From assembly GCA_905178155.1 (NCBI GenBank), contig CAJINV010000001.1:11887832-11951831 (forward strand): a stretch of DNA of 64,000 nt, in the 5' to 3' direction. The first letter of the stretch is position 1. Each line of letters begins with the position of its first letter. The DNA comes from Amoebophrya sp. A120 (Eukaryota > Protista > Dinoflagellata). The notes beneath the pieces are model-generated. The model had not been told where the DNA came from. It searched no databases and saw nothing but the letters and a program-made list of their open reading frames with translations. Shown here piece after piece: positions 61,977 to 64,000 of this stretch. The position numbers and the translations under genes were made by a program.

Positions 61977-64000
61977 AAATGGGATGTTGGGAATCTTTTG
62001 TAAAAAAAATGCGAATTTGAAATTTGGTACCACATGCAAATGAGAATGGATGTTGAACCTGCAACTGCAATTTACAGAATTTGACTAACATATGCAAGAA
62101 GAGCAACCACAGAGATAGTTATCCCCTGCTGCTGCCCAACAGCGTGTAGTTATATCACCTGCGTCAATTGATTGTAAAAGCTACACCGTCCTCGTTGAAC
62201 CTGAACATGTGCATCAAACTTCTTACACAGTGTGAAGTAAAAATAGCTCCTCCATTTGATAAGCATGCTGCGCTTGTTTCAATGAATTTTTCTGGTCGAA
62301 AACACAAAACGGAAAACTAGTGTGAAGTGGAAAAAAGCAAAGTCGTAGTTACAAGTCCGCAGCGAGAAGAAATCTTTATTGAATTTGTTCCCTACTTTGC
62401 GCATATAAGTACGATTTACCGTTTCCCGAGAAGTACTCCCTTTCTTTACAACTTTACGATTTTGTATGTGCAAGACTACAGCTCTTGTTGTGCTATTTTC
62501 GGTAGTAGTTTAACTTTGACACAAAAAGCATTTGGAACTAAATACCCTACGGATATGTTTGAGTCGAACGATCTGCGAAAGGAGGACTACAATTATCGAC
62601 ACGCTACTACGACCATATAATCAAAAGCAGGGAGGTTGCGAGAACTGATCGGTATGCGCATCTTTTCTGCATCTACTCTTTGCATGGTTATACTGGCTGC
62701 CAGTACTTTTTGGGTTGTTTGACAAACGAAATAAACACCCTCCAGAACCTCGGCATTACTCCTTAGGAAGTCCAACACTCACTGGTTACTAGTAGAGGGT
62801 TGCACGGTCCGATCTATGTGAACTGTATCAAAAAAAGTATGTGGAGACAATCATGTTTGTGCTCTTTCCAATATCGAATACTCACCGTTTTTGTGTCTTA
62901 AACCTGCCAATTTCTTTTTCTCGTTTCACAGTACTCTTATTCAGTCGTAGTTCTTTATCCGAGAGCCAAGTACCAACTAGAAGGTTGCAAATATTGATGA
63001 AGGCGAGAAAAATACACTGCAGCAGCAGAGCAAGAAATTAAGACAACAAGAAAGACTGCTGTACGATGAAGAGTATCTCTGTAGCTGGGCTTGCATTTTA
63101 TCGTTTACTGTTTCTGCATTACACTCCACCAAGTACTAAAAACGAAGTAGCCCCTTTTTTCCCAGCAGATCGTGAGTCCGTTTCGCAGTGTGCAGCGTAT
63201 CTTTGACGGGACGGGGTCTACCGAATCTGCTGGAATAAATATCAATCTGAGCTGTGTTTTCGCCGTCATAGCAGGAAATTTCTAATATTGGGATCGCGAT
63301 GAAATGAAACGCTACGAAGAGAATCTAGATGAAAAAAACGAAACTTCAAGTAGTGGTTCTAGATGCAAGAAAGAGTAAAAAGCTAACTCATGCCTGTCTG
63401 TCTTCTCGCTGAGCCCTCTTCCCTTGGCGGTTGATGGAAAATCGAGAGAATAGCTTGGTATGACAGTTGGCCATTTGCACCCTGGGAATCAAATGGTTAA
63501 TCGAGATTTGAGACGCAAACTGTAACTTTATTGGCATGTTTTTACACGGCATGGTTGTAACCACGTACGAAAAATAAAAAGAAACCAAAGCGAGGTGTTG
63601 AGCTTTGGCATAGCAGCTTGCTTCATCTTGATGGACTTCACGGTTCGTGATGTTCATGAATCGCAATTTCCGTGAACACACGAATCGCAAAATGACGGAA
63701 ATGAATCGGTGACATTTTGGTCGAGGAGCCCCATCGTGCGGACCTTTTCACATCGGTTGACCAAGAAAAGACATCGGCCATCGTCGCACACAACGCACGC
63801 GCAACATCGGTTTTTTTTACATGCTCGAAAATCGTCAAGCACAAGGACAGGCTAGCAACATGGAAAAATCGTATTGATTCGCACGAATTTTCGAAAGGAA
63901 AAAGCAACTCAATCAATCGTAGCAATCGTACACACGACCAATCGTTGCAAGGCGGAAGCAACCCCTTTTTGTCGCCCAAACGGTGATTTCATGTTTCCGA

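Noticed and set aside
62000-64000. Possible mysA/mysB or other gene downstream of the Mys fusion
   Set aside because: AT-rich with only short ORFs; no DHQS-like or O-methyltransferase motifs seen.

Overview
Gene-dense eukaryotic DNA with about 17 protein-coding genes, all on the + strand: a TatD 3' end, a secreted glycosyltransferase-like protein, KRR1, a CCR4-type deadenylase with a very long Q/N/G/P tail, TOP1, a DnaJ protein, a PH/MORN protein, a multi-pass membrane protein, three tandem Gig2/PARP-like ADP-ribosyltransferases, a HECT E3 ligase, a MysD-MysC fusion for mycosporine-like amino acid synthesis, and several hypotheticals. Ordinary short GT-AG introns occur alongside 15 MITE-like insertions, all inside coding exons. 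Each insertion has TAT...ATA ends (one ends ATG), terminal inverted repeats and a 5-bp target-site duplication (TSD). In all 15 cases, removing the element plus one TSD copy restores the reading frame, yet only one can be read as GT-AG. One-strand gene order plus non-canonical inverted-repeat introners suggests a parasitic dinoflagellate such as Amoebophrya (inference, not confirmed). Main points of interest: (1) sequence signals shared by unrelated introner families (TAT-N7-AAAAA ends, a GCATNACA motif, both orientations tolerated); (2) a MysD-then-MysC fusion with no mysA/mysB in the window; (3) the ART triplet. Exon coordinates were derived by hand, and family assignments come from motif recognition, not database searches.
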